Shown: positions 9,406 through 19,298, counted from the stretch's first letter. The stretch is DNA of 64,000 bases from Eubacteriales bacterium (GCA_045656605.1 JAZORO010000078.1:564-64563), one strand, 5' to 3'. The notes: a model not told the origin generated them from the letters alone. Numbers and translations: made by a program.

Positions 9406-9813
9406 ATGAACATTTTTCGTTTTTTGATACCGAAGAGTCTGGTAGAGTACGTAGAAGAGGATGATACGGTACGACAGGCTCTTGAAAAAATGAGGTTTCA
9501 CCGTTACGCTGCAATACCCGTGCTTGACAAAGAGGGCAAGTACGTGGGAACTCTTCGTAACGATGATATTTTCAAGTACTTCCTTGACAACGGTACGTTC
9601 AATTCAAAGGCTGCGGAGCAGGATTGCGTGATGGAAATTCTTGATAAGGGTTATTCTGTGCCGCTGTATCAGAGCGCCTCTATGTCCGAGCTTTTCGAGA
9701 GAGTTAAGGAGCACAACTTCGTACCGGTTGTCGATGACAGAGGCTGTTTTGTCGGTATAGTTTTAAGACGAGACGTGATGAACTATCTCTGGACCTACTA
9801 CAGGAAGGAATAG
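9406..9813 (+). CDS. CBS domain pair protein
   Basis: 135 aa. Two CBS-like repeats (AIPVLDKEGKYVGTLRNDDI and FVPVVDDRGCFVGIVLRRDV). Confidence 0.8.
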   Translation: MNIFRFLIPKSLVEYVEEDDTVRQALEKMRFHRYAAIPVLDKEGKYVGTLRNDDIFKYFLDNGTFNSKAAEQDCVMEILDKGYSVPLYQSASMSELFERVKEHNFVPVVDDRGCFVGIVLRRDVMNYLWTYYRKE

Positions 9814-9950
9814 CGTAGATACATAGCTTCCGAAAAGGAGATACCGAGGTCAAAATACCCGAGTGAATAATCGGGGATAGGGACTTACGAAGACGATATA
9901 AGAATCTTACCATTCTAGGCTAATGCAGTATAAAACCGAAAGGAGCTAAT

Positions 9951-12491
9951 ATGGCAGACGAAATCAAAAAGGACGAGCTCGCACCGGACGAGAATAATAC
10001 CGTGACGGATTCTGAGGAGCAGAAAGAGTCGCAGACAACGGATGAGTCCCTGAGCGATGCGAAGGAGAAAATCGACAGAGCAAGAGCTGAGGCTGATGCT
10101 CATAAGGTTATCAGAACCCGTGAGGCAAAGGAAAGAGCTAAGGACGAGGAGCGTCAGGAGGCGGAAAGAGAGCGCAAGAAGGCGGAGCAGGAAAAGCAGG
10201 CTCGCGACGTCACTGAGGCTCGTATTGCCGCTATGGAGTACGCAGAAACGTATAGGCAGAGACTGCGTGAGCAGAAGGCAGGCGTCGTCTCCCAGGCGAA
10301 GCAGAGAGAGCTTCAGCGTATGGAAGAAGAGAAGGCACGCGCCAAGGCTGACGAGCAGAGAGCTATCCAGGAGAGCATAGAGCGTGAGCGTGAGGCGGCA
10401 AGAGAAAGGCGAGAGAGAGCCGAGAGCCTCTTAAAGAAGCTTGACGACGGCTTGTCCGCTATTCCTGTGGTTGAAGAGAACGGCTGCGACGATGAGCCGG
10501 CTGCCACAGCTCCGGTGACCGAAGCATATGAGAGCGCACAGGCTGAAAATACATACGTTGGTACGTCCGCAGTTCCCGATACAGATACTAATGAGCAGGA
10601 TTCCGGTACGGATTGCGACGAGCCGATCGACGGCACTATATCCATAGATGGCGCTGAGGTAGCTCATATTCTCAGCTTTGACGTGGCGTCTATCGAGATT
10701 CCCGGGCTTGCAGTTAAACCTCGTGAGGTCGAAGCGACGGGAGTTGCAGTGGTGGCTGAGCAGACAAAAGAGGAGCTTCCTGCTTCCTCGGACGGCGCTC
10801 AGCAGACTACCGATGCCGCAGATTCTGATGCCGAGGCTCAGAATTGTTCCGACGAGTCCGACTCGGATACCGAGGCTCCGGCGGAGGAGATAGAAGCGGC
10901 AGATGATGCGGAGACTCTTCCTGACAAGAAGGCTCTTAAGAAGCAGAAAAAGGACGAGAAGGCTCGGATTGCCGCCGAGAAAAAGGCAGAGAAGAAGAGG
11001 CGCAGCGTAGAGGCTGATTACGTGCTCATTGCTAAAATGAGCGAAATAGATGAGAAGAATGCAACAGCTCCGAAGAATGAAGAGCCTAAAGGTAGCGATG
11101 AGTACGTAGGTGCCGGTGTTGGTGTGGGTATTGCAACAGGCATTGCTGTCGGCAAGCAGTCTCAGGCAGGCTCAGCCGAGTTGCCCGTTTATCCGGTTCT
11201 GCCAAAGATAGAGGATACGCCTAAGGCGACGCTGTATCCCACGAGGGAGCCGGTGCTTTCCGCTGCCGAGAGAGCGAAAATCGAGCGTGAGGAGATGACA
11301 GCTCTTCTGCGCAAGGAAGGAGCAAGCGGCGATAAGAAGCAGAAACCGGTAAAGGGCAAAAAGGGAGAAGACTTTGACCTTTCACTAACCGACAGGCTTT
11401 CGGTAACCGATTCTTCTAAGGCGAAGGACAGAGAGCTCGAAAGATTTGCCGCATCCGAGCTTGATTCATCGGGCAAGGGTCGCAAGGATGCCGAGCAGCG
11501 TGTCATCGAAAAGCAGATGGAGAAGGAGATGTCCCGCCTGGCATCGAGCGGTGTTGACAGTGGCAAAAAAACCTCCTCTAAGAAAGACAAGAAAGCAGAA
11601 AAGCCTGCGACGACGGTCACCTTTGACAAAAAAGAAATTGCGAAGATAGTTGCAATTCATAAAAAAACCTCGATACTGTCGGTTGACAGCCGCTATGAAT
11701 ACGAGATAACGAAGATGGAGCAGGAGCTCGAGAAGATAGTCGGCACTTACGCTCTTAAAAACGGTAAGACAAAGAAGAGAATGCGTTATCTCGAGGCGAA
11801 TATAAAGAAGCTTAAGGCTGAGCGCAAAAAGGCGGTAAAGGCTATACGTGCTGATGACGAGCGTTATTATTACACCGTCATAAGAGATATGAGGAGCGAG
11901 AAGCTCGCACGTAGGGCTGATAGGTATCAGGTGCTTAAGCTGCGTGAGGAGCTGATAGGACTGCTTAATCGCAGAGATGCTCTCAACCTGAGGCTTTCCG
12001 AGTATTATCTCGGTAAGGAGAAGAATGAGAAGCACGGCTCGGATGCAGACACACGCAAAGCATACGATAAGGGCGCACGCAAGGAGAGAAAGAGATATCG
12101 CTCGCTCGTTAAGAAAATTGATGCGCAGAGGATTCTGCTCTCGCAAAAGCAGAAGGTAAAGAAGCTTGTTGACGAGCAGATAGATTTCGGCGGAAGCATT
12201 TCGGAATTGACCTACGTTCTTAAGAAGAGAAAGCCTAAGGGCGATCTTAAGAGGGAGTGCACGAAGGCTCTTAAGGAAACGAGAAAGAAATACAAGGACA
12301 ATAAGAAGCGCATCGAGCGAGAGAGTGTTCGAGCATTCAAGGATGGAAAGAAGGCAAAGGGAAAGAGAAACGCTATGATAATCGGATGGATTTCGATAGT
12401 GGTTATAGCGGCTCTTGCGGTTGCGTTCTTCATATTCAAGGATGAGATTCTCGGATTTATTTCGACTCTTATTCCCGAGCTTGTAGGATAA
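9951..12491 (+). CDS. hypothetical highly charged coiled-coil-like protein with a single C-terminal TM anchor
   Basis: 846 aa. E/K/R-rich N-terminus, acidic D/E/A/T middle, K/R-rich C-terminal third, then MIIGWISIVVIAALAVAFFIF near the end. RBS AAGGAG upstream. Confidence 0.7.
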   Translation: MADEIKKDELAPDENNTVTDSEEQKESQTTDESLSDAKEKIDRARAEADAHKVIRTREAKERAKDEERQEAERERKKAEQEKQARDVTEARIAAMEYAETYRQRLREQKAGVVSQAKQRELQRMEEEKARAKADEQRAIQESIEREREAARERRERAESLLKKLDDGLSAIPVVEENGCDDEPAATAPVTEAYESAQAENTYVGTSAVPDTDTNEQDSGTDCDEPIDGTISIDGAEVAHILSFDVASIEIPGLAVKPREVEATGVAVVAEQTKEELPASSDGAQQTTDAADSDAEAQNCSDESDSDTEAPAEEIEAADDAETLPDKKALKKQKKDEKARIAAEKKAEKKRRSVEADYVLIAKMSEIDEKNATAPKNEEPKGSDEYVGAGVGVGIATGIAVGKQSQAGSAELPVYPVLPKIEDTPKATLYPTREPVLSAAERAKIEREEMTALLRKEGASGDKKQKPVKGKKGEDFDLSLTDRLSVTDSSKAKDRELERFAASELDSSGKGRKDAEQRVIEKQMEKEMSRLASSGVDSGKKTSSKKDKKAEKPATTVTFDKKEIAKIVAIHKKTSILSVDSRYEYEITKMEQELEKIVGTYALKNGKTKKRMRYLEANIKKLKAERKKAVKAIRADDERYYYTVIRDMRSEKLARRADRYQVLKLREELIGLLNRRDALNLRLSEYYLGKEKNEKHGSDADTRKAYDKGARKERKRYRSLVKKIDAQRILLSQKQKVKKLVDEQIDFGGSISELTYVLKKRKPKGDLKRECTKALKETRKKYKDNKKRIERESVRAFKDGKKAKGKRNAMIIGWISIVVIAALAVAFFIFKDEILGFISTLIPELVG

Positions 12492-12503
12492 GGAGGGCAT
12501 AGT

Positions 12504-12731
12504 ATGGGACTTTTTGGAAAAAAGAAAAAGCCTTTGGCGGATATTCCTATGCGTGAGCTTGCAAACAAGGACAGAGAGAGAGCCATAGCCGAGCTCGAAG
12601 CAGAGAAAGCCGAGCTCGTCGGTGATATAGAGGCGCTTATGAAGCTTATAGCTAAGGAAAGCGGAAAAAAGCATCTCGGTAAGCGCAGGTATAAGCTCGG
12701 AAAAGGGCCTCAGGACTATACCGCAAAGTAA
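12504..12731 (+). CDS. hypothetical small charged protein
   Basis: 75 aa. AGGAGG RBS overlapping the stop of the upstream gene. Predicted helical K/E-rich sequence. Confidence 0.55.
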   Translation: MGLFGKKKKPLADIPMRELANKDRERAIAELEAEKAELVGDIEALMKLIAKESGKKHLGKRRYKLGKGPQDYTAK

Positions 12732-12799
12732 AATGAACGTCCGATTTGCCATTTTTAAAAGAAACATTTATAAAAAATAATATTTTTTTGAAAAAAGCA

Positions 12800-12827
12800 T
12801 TGATTTTTGTTATAAATGTGCTATAAT
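12800..12827 (+). promoter_or_regulatory. sigma-A promoter (extended -10) of the rimP-nusA-infB operon
   Basis: TTGATT at 12800-12805, 16-nt spacer ending in TGC, TATAAT at 12822-12827. Confidence 0.5.
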
Positions 12828-12854
12828 ATGGTAGGATAGAAAATGAATAAAAAG

Positions 12855-12886
12855 GAGAGTGACCTGCGGGTCACTCTCGTTTGTTG
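12855..12886 (+). promoter_or_regulatory. leader hairpin / possible attenuator upstream of rimP
   Basis: gagagtgac (12855-12863) pairs with gtcactctc (12870-12878), followed by GTTTGTTG. Lies between the promoter and the rimP RBS. Confidence 0.4.
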
Positions 12887-12939
12887 TCTGACAAAAGTGT
12901 AAAAGCATAGGTAAAAGTGAATTACGGAGGGCTATTGAT

Positions 12940-13404
12940 TTGAAGAAAAACGTCAGAGAAACAGTAACAGAGGCGATCCTTCCCACCGTTGAACAGCTCG
13001 GTTACAGGATATGGGACGTTACCTATTCCAAGATAGGTGCGGATTATCATCTTGAGATAACCATAGACAGCGACGATGGAATAGGGATTGATGATTGCGA
13101 GCGTGTGCACAGAGCTATCGATCCGATACTCGACGAGTGCGACCCTATCGAGGGCTTCTATTACCTCGAGGTTTCCTCTCCCGGAATTGAGAGGGAATTG
13201 CGTACGGATGAGCATATTTTGGCTTGTCTTGGATTTTTGGTTGAGGCTAAGCTCTTCGCTGCGAAGGATGGGAAAAAGACGGTTTCGGGAGTTCTTGAGA
13301 GCTTCGAGGACGGCGCTGTTGTGATAAGAGAGGCAGATGCCGAGATTAAGCTTTTGCGCTCCGAGATATCGAAGCTTTCCACAGTATATACCGAGGATAA
13401 TTAA
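12940..13404 (+). CDS. rimP: ribosome maturation factor RimP
   Basis: 154 aa. YYLEVSSPGIEREL motif. Sits directly upstream of nusA. TTG start 9 nt after GGAGG. Confidence 0.9.
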   Translation: MKKNVRETVTEAILPTVEQLGYRIWDVTYSKIGADYHLEITIDSDDGIGIDDCERVHRAIDPILDECDPIEGFYYLEVSSPGIERELRTDEHILACLGFLVEAKLFAAKDGKKTVSGVLESFEDGAVVIREADAEIKLLRSEISKLSTVYTEDN

Positions 13405-13472
13405 TTTTAAGATAAAGATAAAAGAAAGGAAGTCTAAGCTCATAACGAGTCGACTAAGGTAAAACACGGAAA

Positions 13473-14504
13473 ATGAACGCAGAATTGTTCAACGCCCTTG
13501 ATCTTCTTGAGAAGGAAAACGGCATATCTAAAGAGTACATGCTTGGCAAAATCGAGGAGGCGCTTGCCAACGCTTGCAGAAAAGAGGTTGGCGCCACCGC
13601 AGTTATCAGAGTTCATCTTGACCCTGTCAAGAATGATATGAAGGTTTATCAGCAGCGCACGGTTGTTCCCGACGGCGAGGTAGAGGATGATAGATGTCAG
13701 ATCTCTCTCTCCGACGCTAAGGCGCTCAGTCGCCGCCATAAGCTTGGCGGAGTCGTAGAGACAGAGCTTAAGACAAAGACGTTCCGCCGCTTCTCCGCTC
13801 AGACCGGTAAGCAGATGATTATACAGGCTATTCACACAGCCGAGCGTGAGAATCAGGCGAGAGCATACGCCGAGAAGCGCGAGGAGATAATTACAACCGT
13901 AGTCGACAAGGTGGATATGCTCACCGGAAACTTAAGACTCGCTACCGGAACAGGATATGCCACTCTTATGAAGGCGGATCAGATCCCCGGCGAGACCCAC
14001 GAGGTAGGCGACAGAATAAAGGTGTTTATCTCCGAGGTTAACACCGGAGAGACAAGAGGCCCTATCGTAAGCCTCTCGAGAGTGCATCCCAACTTTGTGA
14101 AGAGACTCTTTGAGCTCGAGATACCCGAGATACAGGACGGTACTATCGTTATCAAGGGAGTATCGCGCGAGGCGGGTGCGAGAACTAAGATTGCGGTTTA
14201 TTCAAGAGATGAGAACGTGGATGCGATCGGCTCTTGTATAGGTAAGAACGGTATCAGAATCAACGCAATTCTCGATGAGCTTCAGGGCGAGAAGGTTGAT
14301 ATAATCAGATACAGCGAAAGCATTGAGGAATACATAGCGGAGGCTCTTTCTCCCGCTAAGGTTCTCTCGGTCGTTATGGATGGCGAGCGCTCCTGCAAGG
14401 TTACTGTTGCGCCCGAGCAGCTTTCTCTTGCAATCGGTAAGGAAGGACAGAATGCTAAGCTTGTCGCAAGACTTACCGGATGTAAGATTGATATAAAGGC
14501 ATAA
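13473..14504 (+). CDS. nusA: transcription termination/antitermination factor NusA
   Basis: 343 aa. N-terminal domain, S1 domain and KH domains (SRDENVDAIGSCIGKNGIRI, LAIGKEGQNAKLVARLTG). Confidence 0.95.
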   Translation: MNAELFNALDLLEKENGISKEYMLGKIEEALANACRKEVGATAVIRVHLDPVKNDMKVYQQRTVVPDGEVEDDRCQISLSDAKALSRRHKLGGVVETELKTKTFRRFSAQTGKQMIIQAIHTAERENQARAYAEKREEIITTVVDKVDMLTGNLRLATGTGYATLMKADQIPGETHEVGDRIKVFISEVNTGETRGPIVSLSRVHPNFVKRLFELEIPEIQDGTIVIKGVSREAGARTKIAVYSRDENVDAIGSCIGKNGIRINAILDELQGEKVDIIRYSESIEEYIAEALSPAKVLSVVMDGERSCKVTVAPEQLSLAIGKEGQNAKLVARLTGCKIDIKA

Positions 14505-14506
14505 AA

Positions 14507-14788
14507 ATGACTGATAATAATGTGAAGGTAAAAAAACAGCCCGTCCGCAAGTGCACAGGATGCGGAGAGCACTTTCCGAAAAGTGAGCTTGTGAGAGTTC
14601 TCAGAACTCCGGACGGACAGATAATAATAGACCTGACGGGTAAGAAATCGGGCAGAGGCGCATATCTTTGTAAAAGCGTAGCCTGCTTAAAAAAGGCAAG
14701 ACGCTCAAAGAGGATTGAGAACTCGCTCGAATGTACTATCCCCGACGAGGTTTTTGATAGACTGGAAGGTGAAATTATCTGTGAGTGA
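14507..14788 (+). CDS. ylxR: YlxR/RnpM family RNA-binding protein (DUF448)
   Basis: 93 aa. RKCTGCGEHFPKSELVR and GRGAYLC motifs. Conserved position after nusA. Confidence 0.85.
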   Translation: MTDNNVKVKKQPVRKCTGCGEHFPKSELVRVLRTPDGQIIIDLTGKKSGRGAYLCKSVACLKKARRSKRIENSLECTIPDEVFDRLEGEIICE

Positions 14789-15113
14789 TATCCGACAGGA
14801 TAAGCTTTCGGGGATGATGGGACTTGCTATGAGAGCAGGAAAGGTCATCATAGGCACCGAACAGGTATGCATAGCACTGGGTAAATCAATAAAGCCGAGG
14901 CTCGTGGTTCTCTCCGATGGTGCATCGGACGGCACGAAGGCAAAGGTCGGTCACAAGTGCGAATACTATGGGGTTGAGCTTATTACGGTGAGCATCGACA
15001 CAGGTGAGCTCGGAAGAATTCTCGGAAAGAGCTATGCCCCCGCTTGTATCGCAATTACGGACGAAGGGCTTGCTAAGAGAATCAAGGAGCTTGGCGCAGC
15101 GGTCGCAAATTAG
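14781..15113 (+). CDS. ylxQ: L7Ae/L30e-family RNA-binding protein (YlxQ-like)
   Basis: GTG at 14781 overlaps the ylxR stop. GLAMRAGKVIIGTEQV motif. Conserved position before infB. The longer track ORF from 14715 overlaps ylxR and is unlikely. Confidence 0.8.
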   Translation: MSDIRQDKLSGMMGLAMRAGKVIIGTEQVCIALGKSIKPRLVVLSDGASDGTKAKVGHKCEYYGVELITVSIDTGELGRILGKSYAPACIAITDEGLAKRIKELGAAVAN

Positions 15114-15149
15114 TAACGAAAGGAAGTTTGCCTAATCCGGTGGCAAACG

Positions 15150-18100
15150 GTGAAGTATATGGCAGCAAATAAGGAAAAACAGTTAAAGGTAGCCGAACTG
15201 TCCGGTGACTTTTCTATGAAGTCCAAGGACGTTGTTGAGGTGCTGAAAACAATAGGTATAGAAGGCAAAAGCAGCTCGGGAAACGTATCTGACGAGGAGT
15301 TCGAGAGATTTATTCAGCATATGACCTTGACTCATCAGATCAAGGATCTTGATAAATATCTTGACGGTGAGGCAACTCTCACGGTCGTTTCCGCAGCAAA
15401 GGCTGAAAAGGCGAAGGAAGAGCCTAAAGTCAAGGAAGAGGCTAAGCCCGCAGCTAAAGAAGAGCCTAAGACGGAGAAGAAACCCGAGGCGGCAAAGGCA
15501 GATGTTAAGCCTGAGGTAAAGCCTGAGAGAAGACCTGAGCCGAAGTCTGAAGACAGACGCTTCTCTAAGGATGCCGCTCAGCCTGTAAGGAGCGACAGAC
15601 CTCGCACGGACAGAGGCGAGCAGAGAAAAGACGGCTATGCTCAGCAGGGCGCTTACGGCAACAGAGGCGCAAACAATGGCAATAACAATTACAGAGGCAC
15701 TCAGCAGGGTCAGCAGGGTCAGCGCCAGGGAGGATTCGGTCAGCAGGGCTCTAATCCTCAGCGCCAGGGCGGATATCAGAATCGTGACGGCAGAGATGCG
15801 CAGAGATACGGCGGATATAACGCAAGACCCTCTGACGATCCGTTTGCAAAGAGAAGAGCTGATATGAACAAGGGCCCCGAGGCCAGACGTCCCGCCGCAT
15901 CTACGGCTCAGCAGGATGCGTCCAAGGCCGCACCCAAGCCACAGGCTGTAGCGGAGGCTCAGAAGCAGGCTTCTACCCTTCGTCCTGCACAGCAGGCGCA
16001 GCAGGCTCAGCTTGAGAAGAAGCAGAAGAGTCAGGCACAGCAGACTCAGCCCACAGCTCAGAAGAAGGACGAGAAGAAGTCGCCCGCTCAGAAGCAGCAG
16101 TTTAAGACGATAACTCCCACCATAGACAGAAGCGCTGTCAAGGGCGGAGTAAATCTCGACAGCTATCCTACCGCTCCCACTCCCGGAAAGCGTGTCGTCG
16201 ACCTCAGAGATGCAGACGTCGACCTTTCCAAGTATGACGATCATTACAACGATCAGTATTACGCTATCGCTAACGGCACTGATTCGAAGAGCTCTAAGAC
16301 AAAGCTCAAAAAGCAGGATAACAAGGGTCAGAACGCAAAGAGCGCTAAGGAAAAGGAAAGAGCGGCGCAGGAAAAGATAAAGAGGATGGAAGCCGAGCGT
16401 GCGAGAAACAAGCAGCTCGAGATAACCGTTCCCGATGAGATTACCGTAGGAGAGCTCGCATCCAGACTTAAGAAGACCTCTGCCGAGGTTATTAAGAAGC
16501 TTATGCTTATGGGTGAGATGAAGGGCGTCAACGACGTTGTCGATTTCGGCACTGCCGAGCTTATAGCAGATGAGTTTGGCGCTAAGGTAACCCGTGAGGT
16601 TGTCGTTACTATGGAGGAGCTGCTCTTCACCGAGGCGGAGGATGCCGAAGGCGATCTTGTTGAACGTGCTCCTGTAGTGTGCGTAATGGGTCACGTCGAC
16701 CACGGTAAGACGTCTATACTTGACGCAATCAGACATACAAACGTGACACGGGGCGAGGCAGGCGGTATTACTCAGGCTATCGGCGCATACCGTGTAAAGG
16801 CCGGCGGAAAGGATATTACCTTCCTTGACACCCCCGGACACGAGGCGTTCACAGCCATGCGTATGAGGGGTGCAAAATCCACTGACATCGCTATTCTTGT
16901 CGTTGCGGCTGACGACGGAGTTATGCCTCAGACTGTCGAGGCTATAAACCACGCAAAGGCTGCAGGTATTGATATAATAGTAGCTATAAACAAGATGGAT
17001 AAGCAGCACGCTAACCCCGATAACGTGCTTAACCAGCTGACTCAGTACGAGCTTGTACCTGAGGCTTGGGGCGGCGACGTTATTACGGTGCCCGTATCTG
17101 CACTTACAGGTATGGGTATCGAGGACTTGCTCGAGAGCGTTCTTCTTGTCGCAGAGGTCAAGGAGCTTAAGGCTAACCCCTCTAAGAGAGCTAAGGGCAT
17201 AGTAATAGAGTCTAAGCTCGACAAGGGAAGAGGTCCTGTTGCAACTGTACTTGTACAGAACGGAACTCTTCATCAGGGTGACTACGTAATCGTAGGAAAC
17301 GCAACCGGTAGAGTAAGAGCGATGGTGGATGATAAGGGCAAGACCGTCAAGGTTGCAGGTCCTTCCGTTCCCGTTGAAATTATAGGTCTTGACGACGTTC
17401 CTCAGGCGGGTGACGAGCTCAATGCCGTTGAGGATGAGAAGATGGCGAGAAACCTTGCCGAGCAGAGAAGAGAGAAGATGCGTCAGGAGATTCTTGCAGC
17501 TAATGCAAGAGTAAATCTCGACGAGCTCTTCAGCCGTATCTCTGAGGGCGTAAAGGTGCTTAAGATTATTGTCAAGGCTGACGTTGCAGGCTCCGCAGAG
17601 GCAGTAAAGGCGTCTCTTGTGAAGCTGTCGACGGATGAAGTAAAGGTTCAGGTAATCCATTCGGCTGTCGGCGGAATTACCGAGAGCGACGTTATGCTTG
17701 CGGCAGCGTCGGATGCTATTATCGTCGTATTTAACGTTCGTCCCGATAAGAACGCACTTGATTCCGCAGATCGTAATAAGGTAGATATCCGTACTCACAG
17801 AATTATCTATGAGATAATCGATGAGATTGAGGCGGCTATGAAGGGTATGCTTGCTCCTACCTATAAAGAGGTTCTCCTCGGACACGCAGAGGTGCGTCAG
17901 ACTATCAAGGTGCCCGGTGTCGGAATTATCGCCGGATGCTATATCCAGGATGGAAAAATTACCCGTCAGGCGCAGATTCGTATCGTACGTGACGGCGTCG
18001 TAATCTTTGAGGATAAGATATCCTCTCTCCGTCGCTTCAAGGATGACGTGAAGGAAGTAAACGAGGGCTATGAGTGCGGCGTTGGCATCGAGAAGTTCAA

Positions 18101-18158
18101 CGACATCCGTGAAGGTGATATGCTCGAGGCGTTTGTAATGGAGGAAGTAAAGCGATAA
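15150..18158 (+). CDS. infB: translation initiation factor IF-2
   Basis: 1002 aa. GTPase motifs [18 protein letters not shown]. Long low-complexity N-terminal region. Alternative start at ATG 15159. Confidence 0.95.
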   Translation: MKYMAANKEKQLKVAELSGDFSMKSKDVVEVLKTIGIEGKSSSGNVSDEEFERFIQHMTLTHQIKDLDKYLDGEATLTVVSAAKAEKAKEEPKVKEEAKPAAKEEPKTEKKPEAAKADVKPEVKPERRPEPKSEDRRFSKDAAQPVRSDRPRTDRGEQRKDGYAQQGAYGNRGANNGNNNYRGTQQGQQGQRQGGFGQQGSNPQRQGGYQNRDGRDAQRYGGYNARPSDDPFAKRRADMNKGPEARRPAASTAQQDASKAAPKPQAVAEAQKQASTLRPAQQAQQAQLEKKQKSQAQQTQPTAQKKDEKKSPAQKQQFKTITPTIDRSAVKGGVNLDSYPTAPTPGKRVVDLRDADVDLSKYDDHYNDQYYAIANGTDSKSSKTKLKKQDNKGQNAKSAKEKERAAQEKIKRMEAERARNKQLEITVPDEITVGELASRLKKTSAEVIKKLMLMGEMKGVNDVVDFGTAELIADEFGAKVTREVVVTMEELLFTEAEDAEGDLVERAPVVCVMGHVDHGKTSILDAIRHTNVTRGEAGGITQAIGAYRVKAGGKDITFLDTPGHEAFTAMRMRGAKSTDIAILVVAADDGVMPQTVEAINHAKAAGIDIIVAINKMDKQHANPDNVLNQLTQYELVPEAWGGDVITVPVSALTGMGIEDLLESVLLVAEVKELKANPSKRAKGIVIESKLDKGRGPVATVLVQNGTLHQGDYVIVGNATGRVRAMVDDKGKTVKVAGPSVPVEIIGLDDVPQAGDELNAVEDEKMARNLAEQRREKMRQEILAANARVNLDELFSRISEGVKVLKIIVKADVAGSAEAVKASLVKLSTDEVKVQVIHSAVGGITESDVMLAAASDAIIVVFNVRPDKNALDSADRNKVDIRTHRIIYEIIDEIEAAMKGMLAPTYKEVLLGHAEVRQTIKVPGVGIIAGCYIQDGKITRQAQIRIVRDGVVIFEDKISSLRRFKDDVKEVNEGYECGVGIEKFNDIREGDMLEAFVMEEVKR

Positions 18159-18278
18159 GATCGCTTCTGTCTTGTTAAGGTTCGTTTTGAAATCAAAGTA
18201 AGTTAATAAAATCGACAGCTACGGTAAAACACGGCTTTTAACAAGACGTCCCCAAAAGCTATAAAACTATGCGAAAAA

Positions 18279-18316
18279 GGCGAAGCGGAAACCCTATGTT
18301 CTGCCTCGCCCTTTTT
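18279..18316 (+). terminator. rho-independent terminator after infB
   Basis: ggcgaagc (18279-18286) pairs with gcctcgcc (18303-18310) with one mismatch. T5 run at 18312-18316. Confidence 0.55.
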
Positions 18317-18353
18317 GCTTCAGCTCTTTCAAAAGGCGTTAAAGCCCGTATAT

Positions 18354-18401
18354 AAAAAGCTCACACGAGGGCACAAGTGGCTACCCGTGTGAGCTTTTTT
18401 T
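18354..18401. terminator. bidirectional terminator between infB and the convergent LRR gene
   Basis: gctcacacg (18359-18367) / cgtgtgagc (18386-18394), flanked by an A5 run and a T7 run. Confidence 0.75.
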
Positions 18402-18419
18402 CACATTTTTGCTATAAAA

Positions 18420-19292
18420 TTAATCCTTTTTTTCTTCGTCGTTGTCTTTTTGTGCAGATAGCTTTGCAAAGAATTCCTCGTCCATCTGTCTGAGCTTTGC
18501 TTCAAAGTCGCTCTCGGCATTGCTTATACCCGGAATCTTTTTATACCATCCTCTGCATCCGTCGTCGAAGTCCATCCTGGATAGACGCTCTGCATTGAGC
18601 CGGGGATTGCCGAGGTCGAGTGAATACTCTTTTCTTGTATACTTATTGCTCCCGTACCAATTATCAGGGTCGGCAAAGATAACCTCTTTTAATCCGTAGC
18701 AACTTCTAAATGCAAGAGGCTCAATCCGCCTGACAGAGGCGGGGATGACAATCTCGGTTAGAGCATAGCAGTGCTCAAAGGCGTCGGCTTCGATGGCGGT
18801 CGTGCTATCCAATAAAGGAAATACGGAAAGAGATTTACAATGGCTGAACACTCCTTCGCTTATGCAAGAGGTGGGGTTGATTTCTTTCAAAGATACGCAA
18901 CCGGAGAATGCGTATGGTGAAATATAACACCTCGGCAGATAAATGCTCTCGAGCGATACACAGTTGCGAAAAGCTCCGTGTCCGAGCATTGAAATGCCGT
19001 GAGGAATATCAATATCCTTAAGAGACGTGCAGCCGGAAAACGCCTGGTCACCGATTTCAAAGCCCATAAATTCATAGTCAAGAAATGATTCGCCGTCGTT
19101 GGGCACTTTAACGCATAAGAGCTTTTTGCAATCTTCAAACGCATAGGCTCCGATACCGACCACAGGCTTGCCGTCGATATACTCAGGCAGGACAACCTCG
19201 GTAGCCTCTTTGTCGCAGGATGTTATTGTGAGAGTATCGTTGCTTTCGTTTAAAGACAGCGTTAGAGGGCCGTAATTGATTATATTCATCAT
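18420..19292 (-). CDS. leucine-rich repeat protein (BspA-type LRR_5 repeats), no signal peptide
   Basis: 290 aa. Repeated I..AF..C..L..I.IP units (IGAYAFEDCKKL, IGDQAFSGCTSLKDIDIP, LGHGAFRNCVSLESIYLP, IEADAFEHCYALTEIVIP, IEPLAFRSCYGLKEV). Confidence 0.8.
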   Translation of the reverse strand: MMNIINYGPLTLSLNESNDTLTITSCDKEATEVVLPEYIDGKPVVGIGAYAFEDCKKLLCVKVPNDGESFLDYEFMGFEIGDQAFSGCTSLKDIDIPHGISMLGHGAFRNCVSLESIYLPRCYISPYAFSGCVSLKEINPTSCISEGVFSHCKSLSVFPLLDSTTAIEADAFEHCYALTEIVIPASVRRIEPLAFRSCYGLKEVIFADPDNWYGSNKYTRKEYSLDLGNPRLNAERLSRMDFDDGCRGWYKKIPGISNAESDFEAKLRQMDEEFFAKLSAQKDNDEEKKD

Positions 19293-19298
19293 ATCGTC

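Noticed and set aside
8018-9514. 498-aa ORF antisense to the mutS-like 3' end and coaW
   Set aside because: It overlaps two well-supported plus-strand genes, has junk composition rich in Arg/Ser/His, and has no start context.
11466-12767. 433-aa ORF antisense to the 846-aa charged protein
   Set aside because: It is the Leu/Phe/Ser-rich mirror image of a Lys/Glu-rich gene. The plus-strand gene has an RBS and a coherent TM anchor.
15183-17885. 900-aa ORF antisense to infB
   Set aside because: It lies entirely within and opposite a confidently identified conserved gene. The sequence is Leu/Ser/Arg-rich and low-complexity, with no RBS, so it is a codon-bias artefact.
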